From Candidatus Fermentibacterota bacterium (GTDB taxonomy: Bacteria; Fermentibacterota; Fermentibacteria; Fermentibacterales; JCC-6), in contig CAWJQI010000005.1 in assembly GCA_963845085.1 (NCBI GenBank), positions 576,502 to 640,501 on the forward strand: 64,000 nt of DNA, written 5' to 3'. Shown here one piece after another: positions 1 to 8,648 of this stretch (positions within the stretch are counted from its first letter, which is position 1; every line of letters begins with the position of its first letter). Position numbers and translations under genes: made by a program. A model generated the notes under the pieces. The model had not been told where the DNA came from and searched no databases. It saw nothing but the letters and a program-made list of their open reading frames with translations.

Positions 1-355
1 TATGCGTCTTCCTCTCCTCGGGCGACCGGGGATCATCGGGAGGCTTCCTCACGCCCGCAAGGGTGGGCAGCGGGCTCTAGCCCTATGCGGCCCGTCACTG
101 CAGGCAATACCCGGAGTTCAGAATGAACGGCTTTCCCGAACGATATTCCAGACCTGTTCTTTTCGGCCTGTACAACGCAGGATCGATGGGATGGAGTGCA
201 GCCTGCCAGACGGGCGGCGGCCCCGTTTCAGGTCCTCCCCAGTGCACCGCCGGCACGAAGCCGCACAACGTTCAGGTCTGCAGGAACGGCCACCTTCTTG
301 CAGGGGGTGGAGGATCCGGTGGTGTCTTCAACCCCGGAGCGGTCGGAAACGGGCT

Positions 356-1294
356 TTAGCCTTCGGTACTTTCCGGGCGGCGATGCCTTTTCAGCGCAGC
401 CAGGGCGAGAAGCCCGAGAAGAACACCGAACCATAGCGTGCAGAATCTCATCAGCAGCGTGGTGACAGCAGCCTGAGCCGGAGGCATGTACCCGCCAAGT
501 ATTCCGTCTATCGTGAGTTCGGTGAGGCCAAGGCCACCCGGGATCATGCTCACCGCTCCGGCAATCGTTCCCGCCGCATGGCTCAGAAGCGCAGCTCCAG
601 CGGGAAGCGTTGCACCGACCGAGCGGGCGACGACGCAGAGAACCATGGCCTCGATCCCCCATCCCGCCACACCGAGAGGTATCGCCACCAGCATGCTCCT
701 TTTGTCGAGAAGGATCCTCGCGGACCTTCTGAAGGTTTCGAGCGAGCCGGTTCTCCCCCTCATGAAGGGGATCCTTGTCACTACTTTCACGGCGAACCGC
801 CATGCAGGATTCCAGAACAGGACAAGCATGGCCGCCGCGGAGAACGCAACCCCCGCTGCGGCAGCAGGAAGTGCAGCATCACCGCCGGCAATCAGGGCGC
901 CGACCACAGCCAGGCAGACCATGCTCAGCAGGTCGGTGATCCGCTCGGCCACGACGACCGGGCTCGTCGTGCTGACCGGGATAGCCCTTCTGTCCTTCAG
1001 AATGACGCACTTTATGAGTTCGCCGAATTTCCCCGGCGAAACCGTCATGGAGAAGCCGGCCACGAAAACCGCCATGCTTTCCCCGACCGGAACGGCCGCC
1101 CCGACCCTGCGCAGGAAGTAGTGCCACTTGAGGAACCTGAGGAAATAGTTCGCAAGGGGAAGCAGCAGGAAAACCGCGATGAAGCCGGGCCTGATCTTCG
1201 ATACGGCATGACCGATCCCCGCGACGTCCGAACTGAGAACCAGAACCGAGTACACGGCCACCCCGAGGATGACCGCCCAGATGGCCTTCTTCAA
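356..1294 (-). CDS. Polytopic membrane protein, UPF0104 / lysyl-PG-synthase TM-region-like (flippase-like) family
   Basis: 312-aa ORF with many hydrophobic helices. Blocks LRFLKWHYFLRRVG and SPGKFGELIK resemble the LPG_synthase_TM/TIGR00374 family. Its start overlaps the stop of the upstream TPR gene by 4 nt. Confidence 0.55.
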   Translation of the reverse strand: MKKAIWAVILGVAVYSVLVLSSDVAGIGHAVSKIRPGFIAVFLLLPLANYFLRFLKWHYFLRRVGAAVPVGESMAVFVAGFSMTVSPGKFGELIKCVILKDRRAIPVSTTSPVVVAERITDLLSMVCLAVVGALIAGGDAALPAAAAGVAFSAAAMLVLFWNPAWRFAVKVVTRIPFMRGRTGSLETFRRSARILLDKRSMLVAIPLGVAGWGIEAMVLCVVARSVGATLPAGAALLSHAAGTIAGAVSMIPGGLGLTELTIDGILGGYMPPAQAAVTTLLMRFCTLWFGVLLGLLALAALKRHRRPESTEG

Positions 1295-2073
1295 TTGCCC
1301 GCCAGTTCCTTCAATTCGCTGCGAAGCTTGTCCGTTCCCGGAAGGTCGCCGAGAACCTTGAAGGCTTTTGATGAAAGCCTTTTCGCCTCTTCGGGATCGT
1401 TCATCCGCTTCGAGGCGCCTGCCGCAAGGCCAAGGGCCTGAGCCCTTCCGAGCCTTGTGAGATCGCCCTCGGGCATGAGTTCGAACGCGGTCAGTGCGTG
1501 GACCCTGGCCCGGGAGTGGTTGCCCCTTCTCGAGTTCAGCATGGCGAGGTTCAGGTGGACCGCGCTTCTCGAAGGTCCGCTCCCTGATTCGAGTGCGGCT
1601 TCGAGAAGGCTCTGGGCCTCATCGAGCCTGGTGTTCCTCTGGATAAGCATTCCGGCGATGTTCATGCCGAGGGTGGGGGCAAGTGAAGGCTCAAGATCGA
1701 TCGCCCTCCTGTAAAGGGTTTCTGCGTTCTCCCACTCCTCCCGGCCCTGGGCGATGTACGCAAGCAGGGCGAGAGCCCCTGCGGAGCCGTCCCCCTTCCC
1801 CATTGCCTCGGTGACAACCTTTTCGGCCGATTCGAGTTCGCCCGAGCGGATGAAAAAATAGACCAGTGCGTTGGTGAGCGGGCAGGAGACCCGCCCCGTG
1901 TCCATGTTGGCCCTCATGTACTCTATCATGCCCTTGATGTCGCCCCTTGCCGCCATCATCGAGGCTTTGCGGAGCTGCCTCTTCTTCCAGAACGGCGATC
2001 TCACCAGACCAAGGCCGGCAAGGGCTGCCAGCAGGACAAGAACCCCGGTGACAAGAAGCGGGACAGGCTCCAT
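1291..2073 (-). CDS. TPR-repeat protein with N-terminal membrane anchor
   Basis: 260-aa ORF. An N-terminal hydrophobic helix (PLLVTGVLVLLAALAGLGLV) is followed by Ala/Leu-rich TPR-like repeats. The ATG shares one base with the stop of the PBP gene (TGATG at 2071-2075). Confidence 0.6.
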   Translation of the reverse strand: MEPVPLLVTGVLVLLAALAGLGLVRSPFWKKRQLRKASMMAARGDIKGMIEYMRANMDTGRVSCPLTNALVYFFIRSGELESAEKVVTEAMGKGDGSAGALALLAYIAQGREEWENAETLYRRAIDLEPSLAPTLGMNIAGMLIQRNTRLDEAQSLLEAALESGSGPSRSAVHLNLAMLNSRRGNHSRARVHALTAFELMPEGDLTRLGRAQALGLAAGASKRMNDPEEAKRLSSKAFKVLGDLPGTDKLRSELKELAGN

Positions 2074-4286
2074 CAGGGCTGCGGTTCCCCGCGGGATCGC
2101 CTGTCGAAATCGCTGAAGTTGCCCATGGTCGAATCGGCGCCGAATCCCGAGCCTTCTCCGTGGACCATGCAGAGAACAGTGGGGGCCGTCCCGGCCCAGA
2201 AGAGTTCCTCCCTGGCGTGTTCACCGCACTCGGCAACCGCGAGCTGGCCGCTGAGCCCGCAAACCACGGCCTGTTCGACCTCACCCTGTTCCGGGCCCGG
2301 GAAGGACGGCGCCGCTGCCGGGTCGGCATCGGCGAAAGCCCTTCTCATGAAGATGTTCCAGATTGGCAGCGCGATGGAACCGCCGGCCTGCCCTGCACCG
2401 TTCCTGGTGCGCATCCTGATTACGTGGTTGTCGTATCCGACCCAGACCGCCGTTACAAGGTCCGGCGTAAAGCCGACGAACCATGCATCGGCGTAATCAC
2501 TTGTGGTTCCGGTCTTTCCGCCCGCCTCCCTGCCTGCGAACGGGCCGTCCCAGTACCATCTTGAGGGTGAGGCCGTTCCCGACCTGAACACGGATTGAAG
2601 AAGGCTGTTCATCAGGTATGCTCCGGTGCGGCTCATGACCCTTCTGCCCGGATCAGGCTGTTCGTTGCTCTCCAGAAGGTTTCCGTACCGGTCCTCGACC
2701 CTGACTATCGCCGTGGTGTTCCTGGCCAGCCCTCCCGTTGCGAAGGGGATGTAGGCCCTGGCCATTTCAAGCGGGTTGATCATGCAGCTTCCAAGGGGAA
2801 GCGAGTTGACTACCGGAAGCCTTGAGGTGATGCCCATCGAGGCTGCCCGGGCGGCCACGGCCTCGATTCCGACTGCGATGCCAAGCCTGACCGCGGCAAC
2901 GTTGTACGACCTGGCGAATGCCTCACGGAGGGTGACCATGCCGTGGAACTGCATGTCGTAGTTCCTGGGGCGCCACTCGCCGGGGCTCAGGTCGATCACC
3001 ACCGGCTGGTCAAGCACGACGTTGCCGGGCGACCAGCCCTGCTCAATGGCCTCTGCGTATACGAACGACTTGAAGGAGCTTCCGGGCTGCCTCTGAGTCT
3101 GCACGGCGCGATTGAACTCGCTGTCCTGGAAGTCCCTCCCGCCGACCATGGCCCTTATGTAACCTGTTCGCGGATCGATGGCTACAAGCGCCCCCTGCAC
3201 GTAGTCGGGTGCGCCGGCAGTCGTGTCACGAACGGTCTGCCAGTAGGCTCTTGAACTCTGATAGTTGAGCCTCTGGCCTTCAGTGCCCCACTGCTGTGCG
3301 ACGGGGTCCCACACGGGCTCCTTCATTGTCAGTATGCTGTCGACCGCCCACTCTGCCGCGGCCTGCATGTCAGGGTCGAGTGTTGTGTACACGACAAGCC
3401 CCTGTTCGTAGACCGCCGACCAGCCGTAACGCTCGACAAGGTACTGCCTCACGAATTCAGTGAAGTAGTTCCAGTCCTGCTCGAGCTCGGAACGGTGGAC
3501 ATCAACGCCAAGGGGCTCGGCGATGGCCTGATCCCTCTGTGAGCGGGTGATTACCCCGTAGTCCGCCATCATCGAGAGGGCGATGTTCCTTTGCGCCAGT
3601 GCCCTGTCCGGATTGTTGAGCGGGTTGAAACCGCTGGGGTTCTTCACCATTCTGACCAGCAGGGCCGCCTGGTTGAGCGTGAGCTCCGAGGCCGAAATGC
3701 CCCCGAAGTATGTCCTGGCGGCGGCTTCAATGCCGTGGGCGCCGGCGCCGTAGTAGATCTGGTTGAGGTACATCTCCATGATGTCCTGCTTGGAAAACTG
3801 CCTTTCGATCTCGAGCGCGATGAAGGCTTCCTGTATCTTCCTCTGGATGGTCTGGTCGGGTTCGAGGAAGAGCCCCCTGGCAAGCTGCTGGGTTATCGTG
3901 CTACCGCCGTGGCGTGAGCCCGTTCTGATGTTGTGGAGCACGGAGCGCACGATTCCCCTGACGTCGAGCCCCTTGTGCGTGTAGAAGTTCCTGTCCTCGG
4001 TGGCGATGAACCCCTCGATGACCCACGGGCTGACCTGGTCGAGAGTGACCGGGTAGCGGTTCTCAACGAATGCCACGGCGAGCTGGTCGCCGTACATGTC
4101 ATAAATCCTGGTGGCGCTGGCCGGTTCGTGCCCCCTGAGCGAGGCGACGAGCAGGTTTCCGTGTGATTCGCGGAAAGCCTTCGCACTGTCGTGCCATACC
4201 CGGTACAGGAAACCGGCGCTGAATGAACAGAAGACCACGGTTGTGAGCATGGCCCAGAAGAGAAAACGGGGCAGGAACTTTTTCAC
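2073..4286 (-). CDS. Class A penicillin-binding protein (PBP1A family; GT51 transglycosylase + transpeptidase)
   Basis: 737 aa with an N-terminal TM helix. GT51 motifs EDRNFYTHKGLD, GGSTITQQLAR and RKIQEAF are present, as are the transpeptidase motifs SSFKSF (SxxK) and KTGT. Confidence 0.9.
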   Translation of the reverse strand: MKKFLPRFLFWAMLTTVVFCSFSAGFLYRVWHDSAKAFRESHGNLLVASLRGHEPASATRIYDMYGDQLAVAFVENRYPVTLDQVSPWVIEGFIATEDRNFYTHKGLDVRGIVRSVLHNIRTGSRHGGSTITQQLARGLFLEPDQTIQRKIQEAFIALEIERQFSKQDIMEMYLNQIYYGAGAHGIEAAARTYFGGISASELTLNQAALLVRMVKNPSGFNPLNNPDRALAQRNIALSMMADYGVITRSQRDQAIAEPLGVDVHRSELEQDWNYFTEFVRQYLVERYGWSAVYEQGLVVYTTLDPDMQAAAEWAVDSILTMKEPVWDPVAQQWGTEGQRLNYQSSRAYWQTVRDTTAGAPDYVQGALVAIDPRTGYIRAMVGGRDFQDSEFNRAVQTQRQPGSSFKSFVYAEAIEQGWSPGNVVLDQPVVIDLSPGEWRPRNYDMQFHGMVTLREAFARSYNVAAVRLGIAVGIEAVAARAASMGITSRLPVVNSLPLGSCMINPLEMARAYIPFATGGLARNTTAIVRVEDRYGNLLESNEQPDPGRRVMSRTGAYLMNSLLQSVFRSGTASPSRWYWDGPFAGREAGGKTGTTSDYADAWFVGFTPDLVTAVWVGYDNHVIRMRTRNGAGQAGGSIALPIWNIFMRRAFADADPAAAPSFPGPEQGEVEQAVVCGLSGQLAVAECGEHAREELFWAGTAPTVLCMVHGEGSGFGADSTMGNFSDFDRRSRGEPQP

Positions 4287-5671
4287 CAGTCCTCCGGAAT
4301 GTTCTGATCGGTGTAGTCCTCGATGCTGCGTTCCTCGTCCTGCGACAGCTGTGTGGCGCTGAACCTTGGAACGTTGCCCTCGAGGGAGAGACGGTATTCC
4401 GTGCTTCTTGAGTTGCCGATGAGGTTCACGCTGCTGTTGCCGGCAGACCCGGTCTCGATGCCGAACTGACCGTGAAGATCGCTCTCGTACCCTGAGAAGG
4501 TTCTGAAGACAAGCCTGTAGCCGGTGGGCGTGCCGAGGAAAAGGAACAGGTCGCCCGCCCAGTATACGACCCTCTCGGGGTCGGGGTCGCCGTTCATGTC
4601 AACGCCGAGAGCGCGCCAGACCGGAACCCCGATATTGTTCTCGACCTTCTGCTCGACCATGTGTGGATCAAGCTCGACAAGAAGCGCTTCGAGGGGTTCT
4701 CCGGAACCGGTGGTGAGCAGTGCCGGATAAGTGAGTGACAGCGTGTCGCGCTGTTCCACAAGATCGCTCACCGCCATGAAGATGCCGGAAAGGAATTCGA
4801 TCCTTGCGTATTCCTGGGTGAGATCGGGTTCCATCCAGACGCCGGTCTGCCTCAGGTTCTGCATCGCCTCGTGCCTTGCCCGGAGAACCGCCTTGCGCAG
4901 ATAGGCCAGCTCCCTCCAGGCGGCAAGGAGCTCGCGAAGTTCGAGGGGAGGGCTGTTGATCTGGAAGGTGGCCCTGTCCTGCATGATCTGAAGCTTGCCC
5001 GACTGCCTTATGTTGGCTTCCGCCAGTAAATTGTAGCTCTCCTGGGAAAGCCCCGTAATGTACTCGTCGAAGCTGTCCCCGGATTCAAGGGCAGCCTCCC
5101 AGGATGCCCAGCTTTCGGAGTAATCGAACTCGATGTCGTCGAGCAGCATTCGTGCGATGCGCATCTCACGGAGCAGCACCGGATCTGCCAGGATCAGGGA
5201 GACCTGGATCTCGAGGGCCAGAGAGTCACCAACACCGGCCGAACGCTCATAACCGAAGCCGCTGATGTGCCACTCGCCATCGACCAGCACGAAATCGAAC
5301 CTGACCACGGGCGGGAGCTCGCCGAGCCTCGCTATCGTGCAGTGATAGCTTGTCGTATGAAGGCTTTCGTCGGTGACGACGACCTCGGTCAGCCTGCCGT
5401 CAGGGTCGAAAGCCCTCCATCTGCCGAAAACCTCCCAGGGCGGGAGATCGAGCGATTCAACGGAGTCCCTGAAGGACGGCGTGAGGAAGTCGAAGCATGC
5501 CGGATCGTTCATGAGAAGGGAATTGCTGAAGAGCAGGCCCGTCTCAATGGGTGTGCGCGGAATGACCCTGATAATGGTGTCTGCAGGGGCGTCGGAGCCG
5601 GTTCCCCCTGGACCTTCGGACCCGCATCCTGAAAGCAGGGCGAGAATACCGAGGATGACTGCCTTTTTCAT
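4283..5671 (-). CDS. Hypothetical lipoprotein
   Basis: 462 aa with a lipobox-type signal peptide (MKKAVILGILALLSGCGS). I recognise no catalytic motif. It has 4-nt overlaps with both neighbours. Confidence 0.6.
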   Translation of the reverse strand: MKKAVILGILALLSGCGSEGPGGTGSDAPADTIIRVIPRTPIETGLLFSNSLLMNDPACFDFLTPSFRDSVESLDLPPWEVFGRWRAFDPDGRLTEVVVTDESLHTTSYHCTIARLGELPPVVRFDFVLVDGEWHISGFGYERSAGVGDSLALEIQVSLILADPVLLREMRIARMLLDDIEFDYSESWASWEAALESGDSFDEYITGLSQESYNLLAEANIRQSGKLQIMQDRATFQINSPPLELRELLAAWRELAYLRKAVLRARHEAMQNLRQTGVWMEPDLTQEYARIEFLSGIFMAVSDLVEQRDTLSLTYPALLTTGSGEPLEALLVELDPHMVEQKVENNIGVPVWRALGVDMNGDPDPERVVYWAGDLFLFLGTPTGYRLVFRTFSGYESDLHGQFGIETGSAGNSSVNLIGNSRSTEYRLSLEGNVPRFSATQLSQDEERSIEDYTDQNIPEDW

Positions 5672-7374
5672 TCCCCCCCAAGGGTTACCTTGAGCATCTC
5701 CTCCGGGGTGGTGATACCCCCCAGTACCTTCAGCCGGGCGGAGTCACGAAGCGTTTTCATGCCCTGGCTGACAGCCAGCCTTCGAATATCGTCCACAGGA
5801 GCCCTTTCCGCCAGGGCGACCCTGACGGCCTCGTTTACCTCCATCACCTCGTAAACGCCGGTCCTTCCCTTGTAGCCGGTGTTTCTGCAGGCACGGCACC
5901 CTGCGCCCCTGCGAAGGACGGTTCCCCGAGGAATTTCGATGGATGCGGCCAGGGAATCGTCGGGGGTGAAGCTTTCCGCGCACTCTCCGCAGACAACCCT
6001 GACAAGCCTCTGGGCGATGATCCCCCTGAGGGTGCTCATGAGAAGGTAGGGCTGAACACCCATGTCCATCAGCCTGACCGCGGTGGTCGCAGTGTCGTTG
6101 GTGTGCAGCGTGCTCAGGACAAGGTGCCCCGTAAGCGCGCTTCTCATGGCACTCACGGCGGTCTCAACGTCCCTAATCTCGCCCACCATGATAATGTCGG
6201 GATCCTGCCTGAGGATGTGCCTGAGGGCGGAGGTGAATGTGAGGTCGACCGCACTCTGGACGGAGATCTGGTTGAACTCGTCGGTTATGAATTCAACAGG
6301 ATCCTCGATCGTTGTGATGTTGACGGTTTCACGCGATATCTCGGTAAGCGACGAGTAGAGGGTCGTGGTCTTTCCGCTGCCTGTCGGGCCGGTTACCAGT
6401 ATGAGCCCGTTGGGTCTGCCCAGCATCTTCCTGTATTTGACCAGGTCGTCGGCCTCGAATCCAAGGTGGGACATGTCCTGCATGAGTATCTGCGGGTCGA
6501 GGATCCTGAGCACCGTTTTCTCGCCGAAGGCCATGGGCACGGTCGAACACCTTATCTCGACGGGCTTTCCGTCGAAATGTGTGCGTATCCTGCCGTCCTG
6601 CGGGCGTCGCTTCTCGGCTATGTTCAGCCCCGATATCATTTTGATGCGGCTGCTTATGGGGAGATGGAGCCTTTTGGGGATCCTGTAGATGGTGTGCAGA
6701 AGGCCGTCGATCCTGAGCCTGACGATCGTGTTCTCCCGGTGAGGTTCGAGGTGAATGTCGCTCGCCCTCTCCTCGAAGGCGTACTGAAAGAGATGGTTCA
6801 CAGCGTTGACAACCGGCTTGTCGGTGGGTTCTATGCTTTCGGAGGCCTCGCTGTTCACGAACCTCTCGAGGTTTCCGAGGTCTACGCCGTCATCTTCGTT
6901 CAGCTGCTTCACGGCGGCCACGATGGAGCTGTGAAGCCCGTAGAACTGCCTGATCACCCTTTCGATTTCCGCGGGTCGTGAGATGTGGAACTGGACATCG
7001 AGACCCAGCATGAGCTTGAGATCGTGATCGAAGGAGGTTCCGGAAACACTGCTCGTGGCGACGTGAAGAGTGTTGCCCTCCCGCTTGAAGGCGACCAGCC
7101 TGTGCGCCTGGGCGAACTTTCCGGGCAGGCTGCTTGTAACCGTGTCGTAGTCGAGCTCAAGTGGATCGAGCTCCTTGTAGGGAAGGCCGATCAGCGTGGC
7201 GGCATATCTGTAGAGCTTTTCCTCCCCGATGATCCCGCTTTTTACGAGAAGCACCATGGGATCCTCGGAGCTGCCAGCCGTGAGCCTTTCGTACCGTTCG
7301 AGAGATGCCTGGGTTATGACGCCGTCCCGTGCGAGGACTGCGGGAAGCTTGTCGGTCTCAAGCCACCTTATCAT
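5668..7374 (-). CDS. GspE/PilB-family secretion ATPase (type II secretion / type IV pilus assembly)
   Basis: 568 aa. It has an N-terminal T2SSE_N/MshEN-like domain, Walker A GPTGSGKTTTLY, the block VGEIRD, and a C-terminal CxxC...CxxC zinc motif (CGEC...CRAC). Confidence 0.85.
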   Translation of the reverse strand: MIRWLETDKLPAVLARDGVITQASLERYERLTAGSSEDPMVLLVKSGIIGEEKLYRYAATLIGLPYKELDPLELDYDTVTSSLPGKFAQAHRLVAFKREGNTLHVATSSVSGTSFDHDLKLMLGLDVQFHISRPAEIERVIRQFYGLHSSIVAAVKQLNEDDGVDLGNLERFVNSEASESIEPTDKPVVNAVNHLFQYAFEERASDIHLEPHRENTIVRLRIDGLLHTIYRIPKRLHLPISSRIKMISGLNIAEKRRPQDGRIRTHFDGKPVEIRCSTVPMAFGEKTVLRILDPQILMQDMSHLGFEADDLVKYRKMLGRPNGLILVTGPTGSGKTTTLYSSLTEISRETVNITTIEDPVEFITDEFNQISVQSAVDLTFTSALRHILRQDPDIIMVGEIRDVETAVSAMRSALTGHLVLSTLHTNDTATTAVRLMDMGVQPYLLMSTLRGIIAQRLVRVVCGECAESFTPDDSLAASIEIPRGTVLRRGAGCRACRNTGYKGRTGVYEVMEVNEAVRVALAERAPVDDIRRLAVSQGMKTLRDSARLKVLGGITTPEEMLKVTLGGE

Positions 7375-8648
7375 TTCACCCTTTCAAGAACCAAGTGGTC
7401 CGATGGGGAATCCCACTGGAATGAACGCTCTATGGTGCGGGCGGCGCGTTCGGCCGATTCGTTGTCTGACGCGTGAACCACGCCCAGCATCCAACCCGCC
7501 TCGACCGGCGTTCCACAGGGAGTCTCCTGTCTCCAGCCGACCAGGGGATCGACCCTGTCCGAGACCCTGTAGCGCCCACCGCCCAGCATCCTTACCGTCT
7601 CTCCGAGTACCAGTGCTTCGGGCCCCCTCCAGAAGCCGCTTCGCGAGGCCCTTACATCGAGTTTCACCGAAGCTTCGGGCAATGCGGCGAACCTGTCGAG
7701 ATCCCCCCCCTGGGCTTCCGTCATTCTTTGGAACACCCCGAGGGCCTTCCCGGAGAACAGGCCCTTCTCCGCCGTGGCACGAGGCGATTCAAGCCCCGCG
7801 AGCCCCCCCATTTCGGTCGCGAGGGCGAGGGTGATCTCGGTCGTGTCGGCCGGCCCCCGACCTTCAAGCACATCGATGGCCTCCATGACCTCGAGGGCGT
7901 TCCCGACGGACATACCGGTTGGCTGGTTCATGCTGGTGACCAGCGCGGATGCCTCCTTGCCTGCGAGACGGGCTGTGTCCACGAGCATGCGGGCAAGTTC
8001 AAGCGCCTCCCCGCCTGTCTTCATGAAAGCCCCCGAACCACACTTGACGTCAAAGACGATGCAGTCGGGGTTCTCGGCCAGCTTTTTCCCCAGAATGCTC
8101 GCACAGATCAGCGGGATCGAGGTGACTGTCGAGGTCGCATCCCTGAGGCTGTAGAGGATGCCGTCGGCGGGGGCCAGTTCCGGGGTCTGACCGATCATGC
8201 AGACGCCGACCTCCTCGACCTGTTTCTGAAACCTCTCCACCGTAAGGTTGATGTCGAATCCAGGGATGCTCTGCAGCTTGTCCAGCGTTCCGCCGGTATG
8301 CCCCAGGCTTCTGCCGCTGATCATCGGAACCCTCATGCCCATCGTGACTGCAAGCGGCGCCAGCACCAGCGACACCTTGTCGCCCACACCGCCCGTGCAG
8401 TGCTTGTCCGCGAGTGGGGAGAGCCGGGGGGACCATTGCATGACCCTTCCGCTGTCACGGATGGCCATCGTGAGCGCCGTTGTTTCCCCGGGGGTCATGC
8501 CCCGAATGTATGCGGCCATCAGGAAGGCCGAAGCCTGGTAAGGGGTTACCTCACCGGTTGTGATTCCCGAGACGAACCTGCAGATGTCATCGCGGGAAAG
8601 CTGTCCGCCGTCGCGCTTCGTTTCAAGAAGGCTCGTCACGGAAGCCAT
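7371..8648 (-). CDS. deoA: Thymidine / pyrimidine-nucleoside phosphorylase
   Basis: 425 aa. It carries the signature DKHCTGGVGDKVSL plus SGRSLGHTGGTLDKL, which is typical of the family. Confidence 0.85.
   Translation of the reverse strand: MASVTSLLETKRDGGQLSRDDICRFVSGITTGEVTPYQASAFLMAAYIRGMTPGETTALTMAIRDSGRVMQWSPRLSPLADKHCTGGVGDKVSLVLAPLAVTMGMRVPMISGRSLGHTGGTLDKLQSIPGFDINLTVERFQKQVEEVGVCMIGQTPELAPADGILYSLRDATSTVTSIPLICASILGKKLAENPDCIVFDVKCGSGAFMKTGGEALELARMLVDTARLAGKEASALVTSMNQPTGMSVGNALEVMEAIDVLEGRGPADTTEITLALATEMGGLAGLESPRATAEKGLFSGKALGVFQRMTEAQGGDLDRFAALPEASVKLDVRASRSGFWRGPEALVLGETVRMLGGGRYRVSDRVDPLVGWRQETPCGTPVEAGWMLGVVHASDNESAERAARTIERSFQWDSPSDHLVLERVK

Noticed and set aside
60-170. Resemblance to a cobalamin riboswitch core / B12 box, and separately to RNase P RNA P15-P18-like strings (CGGCCCGT.ACTG...ACCCGG; AGAATGAACGG).
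   Set aside because: Only short strings match. The order of elements does not fit RNase P. The universal GAGGAAAGUCCGGGC and ACAGAACCCGGCUUA elements are absent. No plus-strand gene lies downstream for a riboswitch to control. It is kept only as an unresolved non-coding region.
2-436. 144-aa plus-strand ORF at the window start, plus overlapping ORFs 123-359, 196-465 and 228-803.
   Set aside because: They are Arg/Pro/Gly-rich low-complexity translations typical of off-frame reading in GC-rich DNA. They overlap each other and the 3' end of a convincing membrane-protein gene, and carry no motif.
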